The notes below the pieces were generated by a model, which searched no databases, was not told the DNA's origin, and worked only from the letters and a program-made list of their open reading frames with translations. The translations under genes and the position numbers were made by a program. A stretch of 61,340 nucleotides of DNA from Octopus bimaculoides. Its lineage: Eukaryota. The first letter of the stretch is position 1. Each line of letters starts with the position of its first letter. The stretch lies in assembly GCF_001194135.2 (NCBI RefSeq), contig NC_068982.1:161306926-161368265 (forward strand). Reading direction: 5' to 3'. This document shows positions 36,251 to 49,990 of this stretch, piece after piece.

Positions 36251-37830
36251 ACCACATGGGGAAAAGACATGATACAGTTTCTTACAAAGTGGGACCCAAG
36301 TTTTGTACACTGTTCCAGATATGCCAACATTTTATTTGTACCTTGCAATCAGTTAGCTGTTTTTTTGCAGAAGTTCCAGTTTCTGCTTGCTCTTTTTCAT
36401 TAGCACTCTTATTAAATTTCAGTTATAACTATTCAGTGTATATTACATATCAGAGAACACTAAATTTCAAATTGTTCTCTTTTTTAGTTGTTTCTGTGGC
36501 TTCTTTCTACACATGGCCCTATCCTAAGGACTTTTTCTGTTTCATATACAGCCTGTGGAGATGTTCAGTTCCAGTATCTATTAGCTCACTGCTGGGTTAA
36601 TCTGTACCAGAGATAACGTCTGTTTATTTTGATGGGCTTTTCCTGTTTGTACAGTAATGTTAACACTGTTTACATCTGGCTCAACAAAAACATGGGGTGG
36701 GTTGGGGTAGGGAGACTAGAATTTGCTGATGTATCTTGTGTCTTTTGTCTGCTATGGTTGTTTAAATTTGTTGACATCAGCAGATAATCCATGCCAGTGA
36801 CATATTGCTGACAATTCATAAACCCAGTTCAATTTATCTATATTTAGACAGTGTTTCCTTTCTTTTCTTTTAAATATGTATACCCTGCTGTTTTGTTGGT
36901 GCACTTGTCTTTGTTTTTTTTTAAACCCCATTCTACCATCTGCCCCACTGATACCCTTGCATTTCAGAAACTTGTCATTCCATATTCCTTATTTTACTTA
37001 TTTTCATTCAGAGATTGAATTTTAAGTTGCTGTTTAAAGAAAAGAAAGAAAAACATCCTGCCTAGATTTTCCCCTGCATGGCCGCAGCGTCAAGTTTGAA
37101 ACATAAAAGAATATATCCCAGGTCCACTTTGCAGTTTCATCTTTCAAGGTTCATAAAATGAATCCCAGAGTTGATCCAGTCTACTTTTATCCTAGTGCAT
37201 GGTCCTCCAGCATGACCATAGTCTAAGGGCTGAAATCAGTGAGACATGTGCATGTAGAATGTGTGTGCTCACACATGCATACATACAAATTGCAAAGGCC
37301 ATTTGTGATCACTTTTGGAACAGAGCCATTTCAATAACATTGAGCATACGATATAGTAATATCCATAGCATGATTTGCACACACAAACCATTATAGTCCC
37401 TTAGGTTTTATTTCGTAATAGTATCAAATGTGAATATAATGATATCAGTGTTTGGCTATCATCACTCTACCTGGGTGGAAATGTTTCTGTTTCAACTTAT
37501 GATCTCTGTGCTAAACCAGTACAAGCTTGGTATTTAAGGCAGGTATCTTATCTAAGCTTGGCATTTGTCTGGGCTGACCATAAATCTCTGCTCATGCATA
37601 TATATATTGTGGTCACACACACATCTGCACATGAATACAAGTGTGTGTGTGTGTGTGTGTTTCAAACAAGTTGAGCATCCACAGGGGGTCTTGTTGGCTT
37701 GTAATCACGATGATTATGATAGTAACTTTCTTAGTATATGGTTGATTGATTGATTGGTGGTTAAAGAGTTGAGCAAAAATCACTCTTTTACTGGGTTCAG
37801 CTTTATCATCGTGGCTGTGCTGGTTGGTTA

Positions 37831-38008
37831 TTAACCCTATAGCATTGAGATTACTCTGCCAAATGTAGAGTTATTTATTCACATTATTTTGAATTTTGCA
37901 TTATCTTGTAGCTTTTAGATTTCAATGATGTGACTGTTTATTTTTAGAATAACTTTGTAGGATGGGTGTGAGAGGCTGGATATGGCACTTTAAATACTAA
38001 AGGGTTAA
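37831..38008 (-). mobile_element. piggyBac-type MITE, copy 3
   Basis: TTAACCCTATAGCATTG ... AATACTAAAGGGTTAA. Confidence 0.8.
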
Positions 38009-39084
38009 ATGAATGTTTCCTTTGATACATTTAACATTGCGCTCATGCTTTTGACAATGCATGCAAATGCCAAAATTTTCAGTGGTTTGACTATATTACA
38101 TAACTGAAAAATATTTAATTATTCAAGCTAGCAAAAAGCCTCTATGCAGCCCCTTAACCTGGTATAAATGTCAGACAAACCTTGCTATCCAAAAATTGGA
38201 AGGTCTCATTAGAGAAAAAGGTGGTAGATTTGTGGCTGGAACCTACTTAAGCATAGGTCTGTTCTATCAAAGCTGACTTGGGTGGAGTTTAGATAACATT
38301 AATATCTAGTCATTTTATGTTCACTCGGTGATGGCGGTGAAAAGACTGGTGTAAGCATATTCTACAAGAAATGAATTTAATGTTTTCTATATATATCTGA
38401 TTGTTGTGTAGATTTGTCTTGTATTCTTTATAACATAACTAATAAATAGCAGTGACATTATACTATTGTGAATATGTTGAATTTGTTAATCTCTTTTTAT
38501 ACACCCTGTTTTTTCACATACCCCCCCCCCCTCTCTCTGTGGGACATTCTATATTTTTACAAATAAACATTAAGAAATGTAGTGCTTATAATTTATCATG
38601 AATTAATTAACCATGCTCCATGACAGATTTCATAAAGCACCCATATTTTCATTTTGTAATTGTTCTCCTGCAAGACTATCGTATTTTTCTTTTTTAATTT
38701 AGATTCTTTTTATTCGTTAATACTACAAGGGTTTGTCCTTCACCCATTTTAAGCCACTTCATTTTTTGTAGTGCTGTGGTGTAACATTAAACCTGTCACC
38801 ATCTCTACTGTCAAACTTTACTTTCTTCTATACTACTGTTATAAAAACCATGAAGTTTCAAATTCTTGTTCTATAGCAGCACTATTATCTCCCAGGTTAA
38901 CTTTTTAACTTTATTTCATGTAGTTGTGTTAGTTTTGTTGTATTTTAGGTATGTTAACTTCTCAATTTTCAAATGTTGCTATCACATGCTGCATACATGT
39001 GCATAGCTTTACTTCCATTATTGATAAGTACTGAAAGAATTTATTTCAAAATGAGTCAAACAAGCCACCCATCAGCCGAAACTT

Positions 39085-40160
39085 TACTCGTCCTGTCAGT
39101 TGCAAAACTTAAGACAACTACCATTAATATCGATACATGGGAAGAGATTGTAGAGATGCTACAGTGGAGGCAAGTAGATGTGTACGGTATACAAAAGGTA
39201 AGGTGGAGGGGGAAACTCACTACACTCCTTGTAGGAAAGGACTGAAGGTAACAGTCACAGGGTGGGTGGAGTAAGGTTATTGTTGGCCGTAAATGGATCA
39301 AGTAATTGAGGTAGTCAGAAAATGACAAAATAATTTTAGGCTATTCTTGAATAAAACAACAGTGATCTCTGCATGTGCACCACAGTCAAAACTGACAGAT
39401 GAGCCATAGGCCTGTTACTATGAAATCCTCTCGCAGACCACCTTGATAAAAGACAGTGACCTTATCACAACTGGTGACTTCAATGAAGACATTGGGTAAT
39501 ATCATTATGGCTATAATAATATGCATTAGGCTATGGGATAATAAATTAAGAGGGATCAAGCCTCTATGATCTATAATGCAACTGATCTAACCATTTACAA
39601 TATTAACTTCAGGAAACTTGCTGGTCACTCAAACAGATTTTATGCTCACCAGGAAACAGGATAGGTAGCTGATTGTGAATACTAGTCCTTCCTTGATTGA
39701 GAATATTGCTCAACAAAAAACTAGTGATTAGTAACCTCAAGATTGGAGCTAGATGGACACAAGACAAGCTATGAAAGTTTAAACATTCTTCAGTTAGATG
39801 TAGGTTCATAGAAGTACTATTTGATGCATAAAACAAGGGGGAGAAAGAGGAGGAGATAGACTTAGAACTGAAAGTTTCTGCAAGCCAGAGACTGGTAGAT
39901 GAAACACTGTTCTAGCTAAACAGAATGTTATGATTGTGAAATGATACAGTAGTTAGTACCCTAAATACTATATTTAGAAAGATTGGATAATAGGAAAGTA
40001 GGAAAAATATATCAGATAGCTGGAAGGGAAGCGAAATACCAGATATATGTAGCAAGGGAGATGCTGAAAGGAGTGTGCTAATGTTCTGCATCAAGTGGAT
40101 CAGAGAGATGAATAGTTCCACAACTGCAAATTGTATTGGAGAAGACTTATCCATTCCATG
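39085..40160 (+). mobile_element. Old RTE ORF N-terminal (APE endonuclease + linker) fossil
   Basis: EEIVEMLQWRQVDVYGIQKVRWRG, VISACAPQ and TGDFNEDIG motifs. Confidence 0.65.
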
Positions 40161-40329
40161 CAAGCATCGAAAAATGGTTGTAAAATGTTTTTGGGTTTGT
40201 TTGTTTTTTTTTTTTTTTTATCTGTCTAGCTTATATATCTAGCAAACTTGGCTGCTAGAATGAGTATTGTACAAAATTTTGTGTGTGAGAGAGAAAAGAG
40301 ATTTCCATTGAAGTCTTACAGTCTTTTCT

Positions 40330-40540
40330 TACAGGACACTGCTGAGGCACGAGGTCTGAAATTTGGGGGAGGAGGGTAGTTGATTACGTTGACTCCAGTA
40401 CTCAGCTGGTACTTTATTTATCAACCCCAAAAGGATGAAAGGTAAAGTTGACCTCGGCGGAATTTGAACTCTGAATGTAGTGACAGGTGAAATACCATTA
40501 AGCATTTTATACAGTGTGCTAACAATTCTTCCAGTTCACC
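40330..40540 (-). mobile_element. SINE (family B)
   Basis: GGATGAAAGGTAAAGTTGACCTCGGCGGAATTTGAACTCTG...GTGCTAACAATTCTTCCAG. Confidence 0.72.
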
Positions 40541-41494
40541 ACTGAAGACTAATATAATAATTGAAAGAGTGATATAATAGTGTTTTACCATTATTTTAAT
40601 TTCAGAGGAAGGAGGTTTAAACTCTGCCTGATAATCTAATAAAACATTTGTAAATTATGATTCTCTAATTACAGCAGATAATTTCATTAACAGCAAATCT
40701 ATTTACTATTGCACCCCTTCCCCAATTCCCCTGACAGCAGATTATGACCATTCAACCTAAAACTGCTATTAAGATAAAGTAACGTCGTAGAGACACAGTT
40801 AAATCATTACTGACACAATGTACCAAACAAGGAAATAGGGGTGACAGTTTTAAAATTGAAGTTGCAGAAAATTTCCCAAATAACAGCAACCTTACATTTG
40901 AAATGCTGTTGATTCTTTCATTCTTTTACATGTTTCAGCCCTAAGGCTGTAGCCATGCTGGGGCATGTTTTTTTTCTTTTCTTCTTGGATTTTAAAAATT
41001 TTAATACATATGCTTTGTAAATAAAGTGGATACTGTAAATAAATACTGTATGACAAATACCATTTTATTAACTGTTAAATGTGCAGTAAACAAAAAGTGC
41101 AGGATCAGTACAACTAGAGATTTGTTGTGCTTGAGAAGATCCACTCGGCTAAGTAAAATTCATTCCTCTCCCTCAGCCCACACATGCTCACCACTGTCAC
41201 CCACTCCCCTACGTTCTTCCTCATGTATCTACCTACCTGTACACAATATGTCCTTGTTAAATCCCCTTCCCCACAACATGTCTTCCTCCCTCTCCTTAAT
41301 TACCTCCTCCCTCTACAAGTGCCCACTCATTACATTCTCCCACCTCTCACTCCCAGTCCTTTTGTGATCATTACTCACCCACGTACTCACCCTATCCAAT
41401 TCCACACTCCTCAATTCACTTCACTATAAACACCACCCTGTAACCTGGGTTTATGGCTCCTCTCCACTCTCGTGTCACATGCTAACCATCTTCA

Positions 41495-41527
<33 letters not shown>

Positions 41528-41552
41528 TTCTCTCTCTCTCTCNNNNNNNNNN

Positions 41553-41583
<31 letters not shown>
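41495..41583. repeat. (CT)n microsatellite containing a 10-N gap (41543-41552)
   Basis: Read directly. Confidence 0.95.
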
Positions 41584-41649
41584 AGATAGCCTTGATAAAC
41601 TTCTAATGCAGGACACCTTTTCTATCCCTCAGTACTATTCCCTCCAGTT

Positions 41650-41866
41650 GAGGGGTCTTGTCCTGCATGTTATTTGGTGACCTTTACTGCTGGTGCCACG
41701 TAAAAAGCACACAGTACACTCCAGAGTAGCTTGTGTTAGGAAGGGCATCCAACCATAGAAATCATGCCAAGACTGACAGCAGAGCTTAGTGCAGTCTTCA
41801 GACTTGCCATTTCCTGTCAAACCCTCCCACCCATGCCAGCAGGGAATACAGATGTTAAACAACGAT
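41650..41866 (+). mobile_element. RTE 3' tail fragment
   Basis: TTAGGAAGGGCATCCAACC...CCCATGCCAGC...GATGTTAAAC. Confidence 0.7.
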
Positions 41867-43010
41867 ATAATCCTACAGCACTAGTGCTGGGTGACAAATA
41901 GATGTTTATTACAATTTTCAAAAATGCTGTTTGATTTTCTGTTATTTTGGATACCGTTATCTCAAAACTTTACTGTACATTTTGTTTAGTCTGTCACTTG
42001 CAGTTTCCTCATCTTGTGGTTACTTGCAACCTATATTATCTAATAGTCCTTGCTATCCTATTCATTAGTAATGTATTATTATACTGCTGTTTTGGTAAAT
42101 TGTTTTGTTTCTTTAATTTCATTGAAGACTAATTGACTCCCCTTAGAGTTAGTCTGTAGGTAGAGATTTCCACTATCAGTCACCTCTTGTCACACTGCAG
42201 TAATTTTTATTTTTTAATTTCTCTTGGAGTATTCAAGTACCAATAATATCCTGTAGTTGATTATCCCTTTTTCTATAAAAGATACTTTGTTCTTGTGCTC
42301 ACTTCTACAGGTCTTCAGTATGCTGTCTAGTTAGCAAATGGTTGTGTGATTTCACAGCCATATCATTTACAGATTTCTTCTCTCTATACAGCACCTTAGA
42401 TTGACTAGCGTGTTGTAAATGAAGTTTGGTGTGTATGTATAGGTGTGTGTATGCATATAGCTTGATATATATTTTCAAAAATTGAAAACCCAATGCTTCC
42501 TTGCATTGGTAATCTCTTGTCATTCTTGCTGTCAGAAATGCGGTGAACCAGTTATTCACCTTTTGGAAACTTGTAACTAACAATGCTATTGTTCTCCAAA
42601 TGAGATATAAAATAAATCAGAATTATATATTGTTTGAATGTAATTTCCTTGTTCTGTAAATATTCCTCCTTCTACATAGTTTTTTGGTTATGTGAATTCT
42701 GAAATGAAGGTAAAATAACTCAATATTACTGAATGTCAGAAGTATCTTCTAACATTATTGACAAAAATGTTTCATATTTGTTCAGGATTTTTTTTTTTTT
42801 TTTGTGCAAATATAAAAAGAAATATTCGTTTTGTAATAGCCAAACTAGTTTTCTTAGTTAAATCATATTGATAGTATATTTAGAAAGGAAGACCATAAAA
42901 GAGTCAAGTGTGGTTGTATTTGGTACATTTAATAGTAATAAATTGTATAGAAATTATTGGGCTGTTTCAGAGCTTCACAAAAATGATCACATCCAGTGCT
43001 TATTTGAAAC

Positions 43011-43202
43011 ATCTCTCTTTCTCTCTCTCTCTNNNNNNNNNNNNNNNNNNNNNNNNNNNNNNNNNNNNNNNNNNNNNNNNNNNNNNNNNNNNNNNNNNNN
43101 NNNNNNNNNNNNNNNNNNNNNNNNNNNNNNNNNNNNNNNNNNNNNNNNNNNNNNNNNNNNNNNNNNNNNNNNNNNNNNNNNNNNNNNNNNNNNNNNNNNN
43201 NN

Positions 43203-43284
<82 letters not shown>
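43011..43284. repeat. (CT)n microsatellite containing a gap (43033-43202)
   Basis: Read directly. Confidence 0.95.
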
Positions 43285-43289
<5 letters not shown>

Positions 43290-43629
43290 GACATGCTGGA
43301 ACACCACTACCTTCAAGGGTTTTAGTCAGTCATATCCCACACCACTACATATTATATATACTTGCTGAATGCCTAATTTTCGCCATTTTGGCATAAAAGA
43401 ACATGACTCTATGCATGTGTGTGTGTGTGCGCGCGCACGCACACACACAGAGGTAATAGGCTTCCGCATAGTTTCCACCTCGCAAATTCCACCTACTAGG
43501 TATTTCTCAACTTGGGGTTAATAGTAGTAGATGTGTGTATTATATACACCTTTTCATTTAGTGTGTCATGTTTAATGATGATATGCTTGAGATGCAGTTT
43601 GTGATGTTTACTGTGATAATCTGCTGTAA

Positions 43630-44005
43630 CATTTATCCTTTACTTGTTTCAGTCATTGGACTGTTGCCATGCTGGGGCACTGCCCTGAAGAGTTTAGTTG
43701 AACAGATCAACCCGTGCTTATTTTAAGTCTGGTACTTATTCTATTGGTCTCTTTTGCAGAGCCACTAAGTTACAGGGACATAAACAAACCAGCACTGGTT
43801 GTGAAGTGCTGGTGAGGGACATGCACACACATACGTTTGTACATTTATACAACAGGCTTCCACACAGTTTCATTCTACTAGAGTCACTCACAAGGCATTA
43901 GTCAGCCTAGGGCTATAATAGAAGATAACTGCTCAGAGTGCTGTGCAGTGAGACTGAATCTAAAACCACAGGGTTGCAAAGCAAGCTTCTTAACCACCCA
44001 GCTAT
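43630..44005 (-). mobile_element. SINE (family A), near full length, decayed
   Basis: Tail TTTACTTGTTTCAGTCATTGGACTG, head ...GCAAGCTTCTTAACCAC. Confidence 0.72.
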
Positions 44006-47000
44006 AGAATTACGTTGTGCAAAAGTTGCTCTGATCCCCCTGGGTGTTATTTATTTACCTCAATTTTTGCTTTTGTAACTCCTTAAAAACCACATAAACC
44101 ATGGTTCCAATATGTGACGTATCAGTTTTCAACAGTAATAGCCATTGGAACAATATGGTTAAGAAGTTCAGAGTATAACTTGTCAGTAGTGTTCATTACT
44201 AATACATTTCTTAAGTAGTTCTATAGCAGTTAGTTTGCCTAAACTGTTTTTTCATTACTGGAAATCAAAAATAATATTTCTTTTTCCCCTTTATTTTTCC
44301 ATGCTAGCATAGATTAGATGAATATATTCTGGTTGCTTTTCCTGTCACTAACCCTTACCCATTTTTCATGTAATTCCACACATCTTGAGGGCACATTCTA
44401 CAAGGTATATTCTCAGGTATTTTAACAATTCTTCCAATCCACTGCCTTCATTAGTATAATTATTAGTATAGCCAATCGGTTTTCTTAACCATTATTCAGC
44501 AGACCTTTGCTCAAAGGCAGAGGTCACGTTATCTTAGTATATCCAGGGTTGCATTCAATATGTCCCTCCTTCCTTTTTTTTAAAACACCAGGGTGTGATT
44601 TGCTGGATATTCACTGCACTTTCTAGAGAGTTGAGAAATCACATAGAGACTATGTAGTTGGCTTTGAGCAGTTTTCATTCAGTTCTTTTCTGAGTTTCTT
44701 TAATTATTTATTGGGTGTAAATAATAGAGGAGGAGGCAGAGGAAGAGACATAATGGTGTGTACTGGCAGACTTAAAAGCACTTTGAAAATTCCTGAGTGA
44801 GTTATTTTCGTGTCTAACAAGCTGGATAGGTTTTCACTAGCATGGCTGTGTGTGTGTCCTGGTGATATGTTCTTTTGGCATGCTGAATGTTTTTTTGAAG
44901 ATTTGTCTGTTTCACTTAAATTGCTTTGCACATCTGTTTTAGAATAGTTGAAGCCAAATTTCTACTTGATTTGTAAATGGTGTTTTAGTTGGATACATTT
45001 TTGCGTTCTTGATTTTTGTTATTACACACTGAAAATTGACAATTTTTTCAATCATGCAGTAAACAAAATAATAATTTTTAATTTTGGCAGGAGGCCAGAG
45101 TTTGTAGAGTAGCTGTTTAAACCACCCCCACTCTCACCCGCACTCTCACCCCCAATCTAGTGTATTTAACACATTAAGTCTGTCCTATAAATAGGACACT
45201 AAATGAGAACATTAAATAAGTTATATCGCATTGTCTCACCAAGTATTTCCATTTCTACTTGAAGTAAAGGAGTTTTAATAATTATTTTTTTCATTTTAAC
45301 TTATTTTCAATCATCTGTAAAAATTTAAAAGTAATATTCAGAAATCTAAGTACTCTGGGACTTAGTGGGTTAAGACTACCTTATCCAACATAGCCTCCTC
45401 TCTCCTACTTTTTAAAATGGTAGAATAGGATTTGGGAGGTGATTGGCTGTTATTTCTAGTTTGTTAAGTAACAGCATTGAATCTTAGGAACATTGTGACC
45501 CAATCACAATGCTCCTATTAGTTTTGTTTGAAATTACATTAATTGATATCATTGCACATAGGTACACTGTTCATAGTTGTTAGTTGTATCATAGTAGCAT
45601 GTCAGCTGTTTAACTCTGACCTAAGAGTTCAGTCACCCATTCAGGTCAAGATATATGGATGTATATTGTACTGGTTTGAGTTAAACATGTTCTGCCCCAG
45701 GTTGATTTTAAGATAGTGTGTGATTTGAGGAAGATTTCAGCAGGTAGAGCAACTATCTAGACTTCCCTCTATTTTGTAGTATTAAATTTATTTGATTTGT
45801 GTTCTAGCTATTGCCGTCCCATCATTGTTTGGCATATTACCTACCAATTTAGGACTTTAAATATCTATCTTCATTTTAAAGCTGTAGGCTATGTCCCCTT
45901 CTGGCTTAACAGATAGTGAATTAAAGTGCTGAGGGCTTTTTTTGTTTTGTCCAGCATGGCAGGTTTTGGGTTGCCTTTAGCAAAGTTCACTCTGTTGTAA
46001 GCATTCTGGTCCAGTCTCTAGTCTAAGGATCACTTCCATTTTTTTCTCCTACCAGTTACAGGTCTTCAAAAATGTCATGGGCATTACCCTTCTTTCTCTA
46101 AGTTATTGAAATGTTTTCCATATGTATATTTTTGTTTTCTTGCAAGGTTGGTTGAGTTGTTGGGGCAGATGTTCACCTATCATGTTACCCTTCCCTGTGA
46201 CAACCCACTCTGCTGTGGTGTTAAAGTAGTTCAAGGCTTCAGATTAACGTCTTATTACATAATGTATTATGGTTCCACAGAACCTGTACTGAACTCCAAT
46301 TTCTATGGTACTGGTTTTCTGAGACTTCTCTCGTCCTGGATAACCTACAATTATTGACAAGATCTGGTCTCTATTTTCCAGTTAGATAAACTTCAGCAAG
46401 CATAGTAATGTTTTGGTCCAAATTTGCAATAACTCGCATTAGAGAAAAAACATGGACTTTAGCTACTAGTTTTCTGATTTACCATGTTATAAGCCACTAA
46501 ATATATTGAGGATGAGAAGATAGATAAATTGTTTCAGTATAAGCTTGATACTTATTGATCTTGACAGAATGGAAGGCTAAGTCAACCATAGAATATGAAT
46601 GTTTTGCCAGAGGTTAAACAATTGATATTTGGTACAATAGTTTAATATCTTAAATATTTGATTTTGGTTTTTGTTTTAGTCACCATGGCTAAACCTAGGT
46701 TGAAACACTATCTTCATAAACATAGTAAATATTTCTGTGTGTGTGTGTGTGTGTATTTTGTATGATGAAGTTTATACATATACAATCAAGATATCGATTT
46801 TTATACAATAATCTGTTGTCTTAGTTTCCCACAAAATGAGTGGGTATTAACAGAACAAGTGACCACTGGTGACATACTTTTTATATAGTAATTTCGAACT
46901 TACCTTGTTCGAAAAATATAAATATTTATATAAATTAGTTGTTGATTGGAAGCCTCCTGTGGGTATTGCCTCAAAAGAATATTCCTTTTATGTGAACATG

Positions 47001-47303
47001 TAAAAATATTTTGGGATATAAAAAAAAATTCTTTCACATTTATATTAAGGAAATAAATTCTAACATTAGTATCAGAATTAAAGCGCAGGTAGCTATTTTA
47101 ACTGACACAGACTCATAAAGCATTGAGAAGAACGGCAAATATGAAAAATATTTTATTTTTATTTCAAAAAAGTTTTCTTTAAAACAAAATGCGAGAGGAA
47201 ATATTGGGCAATTCCTATTTAATCCCCCCCCCCCCCACTTAAACTATGTCTCAAAAATTAAAACCATCCCTGGTCCTATATGCAAAGTTAGGCCTATATT
47301 ACA

Positions 47304-47510
47304 TTAACCCTTTAGCATTTAAACACCTATATCTGGCCCAAATATTCTCCTTGTTTTATGTTCAAACCAGCCAGATATAACCTCCCACACTTATTCTGCA
47401 ATGTCATTTTAAAGATAATGTAATCAAAATCTTGAAACTACAAGATATGCATTTTTAATTCAAAACCATGCTTTACATTTGACAAAGTAATCTGAATGAT
47501 AAAGAGTTAA
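47304..47510 (+). mobile_element. piggyBac-type MITE, copy 4
   Basis: TTAACCCTTTAGCATTT ... GAATGATAAAGAGTTAA. Confidence 0.8.
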
Positions 47511-47984
47511 TGCTCTAAAAACTCTCTTTCTAAATGTGTGCTGCTGAAATTAAAGTTCCTCTAATATGCCCCTGTGTCTTTTATGCCATCAAATGTTAAT
47601 CACTTGTATAATAAGTGGGAGAGTCGAGTGGCCAAAAGTGTAAAGGTTCTTGCAACTGGACCTGGAGGTAACTGTAGCCTAAGATGTTTTTAGTCCCAAG
47701 ATAGCCCTGACTGTACAAACTTGTGATCTGATGTTACTAGATTATTGTAACAGAATACCATTAATTAAATTTGTTGTGATTGTGACCATGACCCTGAGCA
47801 ATTCATTTAGAGGAATTCTTTTTCCTGTCAGCTATTCTTTTTACTGATACATTCAGAGGTAGATTTTTTTTATTGTTATTTTAAGGCAAGTTAAGTCAAG
47901 AATAGTTACATATACTGTACTAGGGAGGTGGGTTCCACAGAATAATGTTTGTAGTGAGACTTGGGATTATTATGATGTTGCCAG

Positions 47985-48193
47985 TACCACCTGACTGGCC
48001 CTCGTGCCAGTGGGCATGTAAAAGCACCCACTACACTCTCGGACTGGTTGGCATTAGGAAGGGCATCCAGCTGTAGAAACTCTGCCAGATCAGATTGGAG
48101 CCTGATGCAGCCATCTGGTTCGCCAGTCCTCAGTCAAATCGTCCATGCTAGGGAAAGCGGATGTTAAACGATGATGATGATGATGATGATGAT
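47985..48193 (+). mobile_element. RTE 3' tail fragment
   Basis: TAGGAAGGGCATCCAGCTGTAGAAACTCTGCC...GTTAAACGATGATGAT. Confidence 0.8.
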
Positions 48194-49879
48194 AAGGTTG
48201 TTCACACTTAAAACCATCGTACAAATATTTAAAAAACAAAAAAAAAAGTACTCAGTTTCTTAATTTTCCTAATATCTATTTTCCTGGAGACTCTTATCTA
48301 GAGTATCAGTCTCAACATTCTCTTGTGAATGCAGAACTGCTTAGCAGCAAATATTGCCTGCCAACTGTCAAGGTCAGTTACTATATATTTAAGATGTGGT
48401 ATGGTTGTACTTACTGCTGGTCTCTTAGGGTCAGTCATTCATCTTATCTGCTAATTAGAGTGTGTGTGCACATGTGTGTATTAATGTAGCTATAAGTTAG
48501 GTTCTGCTTTGACATTTTTATAGTCTAGATTCATCACATGTGATTAAACAGTAATTTATTATTAATTGCATTTTAAAAACTTCCTCTATTATTTTGGAAT
48601 TTTTGGAGTTTGTCTGCAGTTTCTTATCTTATGTTCAGGAAAGTTAATATATTATGCATTTTTCCTTCAAGAAATATAATTATAGTGCTGTTTCTCATAT
48701 CTTAAGAGCCAATAAAATTGTCTTGCACTTTTCTACACCTAATTCATGACTTCTATTTAGGGCATCATGAAATTCTAGACTGTTATATAAATATTGAATA
48801 CTTTGTATATTTACAGCGAAGTAAATGACTATAAATGCACTACATGATCAGGAGTTCAAAGTTTGCTATAATTATTTTGTCTGTGCTCTTTAGCCTACTT
48901 CTTGGTTTATGATTTTTCTTGAAAGTTGAGATGGTGGAGAGAAACAATATTTAAGATGTCCAAATTTACAAATACTATCATCAATACTAAAGGAAAATGA
49001 ATATAAAATGGGGAAAAAGAGAGTTGTGAGATCATTTTGAACCTTTTGTTCATTTGCACACATTATGAATTAATAACTCCATGCTGTGTGGATGCTGCAT
49101 ATTATTGCTTTTCACTAGGACTTCTATTTCTTCTGTCAGTTTTTTTTTTTTTTTTTTTTTTTTCTTTAACACTTTCTTGCCACTAAGGGTATACTAACTA
49201 CCAAAAACAGGTTTGACCCTTATTCAGCTGATTTCTGATCAAAAGCCTTCCATGATCATATCTTTTGGGGTTTTTTTTTTCTTCCTTTTTTCCAGATTGT
49301 ATGATGTAATTGGAGACAGATTTGGCTAATGTTTCTAGATAATTGGGTAACCCCTTAATAGAAGTTACTTATTATAATTATAGATTAATGCTGTCAAACA
49401 ATTATTGCTATCTTAATTAGTGAAACTCAGTCAGGATATTGTTATAGGCTCTGTCACAGTGATCAGAAGAAGCAGCTTTTATAGTATTATAATGCTGTAT
49501 ACTTTGGTTATAAATGCTGCATATTCTAACCAAAATCTATAGCCTTAGCTAGCTGTGTAAATGTACATATTTCAGTGTGTAAGGAACCTGTTGGCATCTG
49601 TCTTCTCTTCAATAAATGTTATTGGCTCCTCTATAAGGAATTCTCCCGCCATTTGACAGATTTTATTTTTAATCTTGATGAGTGTCCTCTACACTCTGTA
49701 AATTAGGTGATTTTGGAGCAATTTAGTCCCCAACCATAAAACTGATTGTGCAAGGTTGTATGGTGCCAGTATTAGATGGAGCATGACCTGACTTATATAC
49801 ATTATATAATTGGTATATACAGTCATAAATGATCAAGCTATAAATTTATTTATTGCTATATATTGTATGGCTACAAATG

Positions 49880-49990
<111 letters not shown>

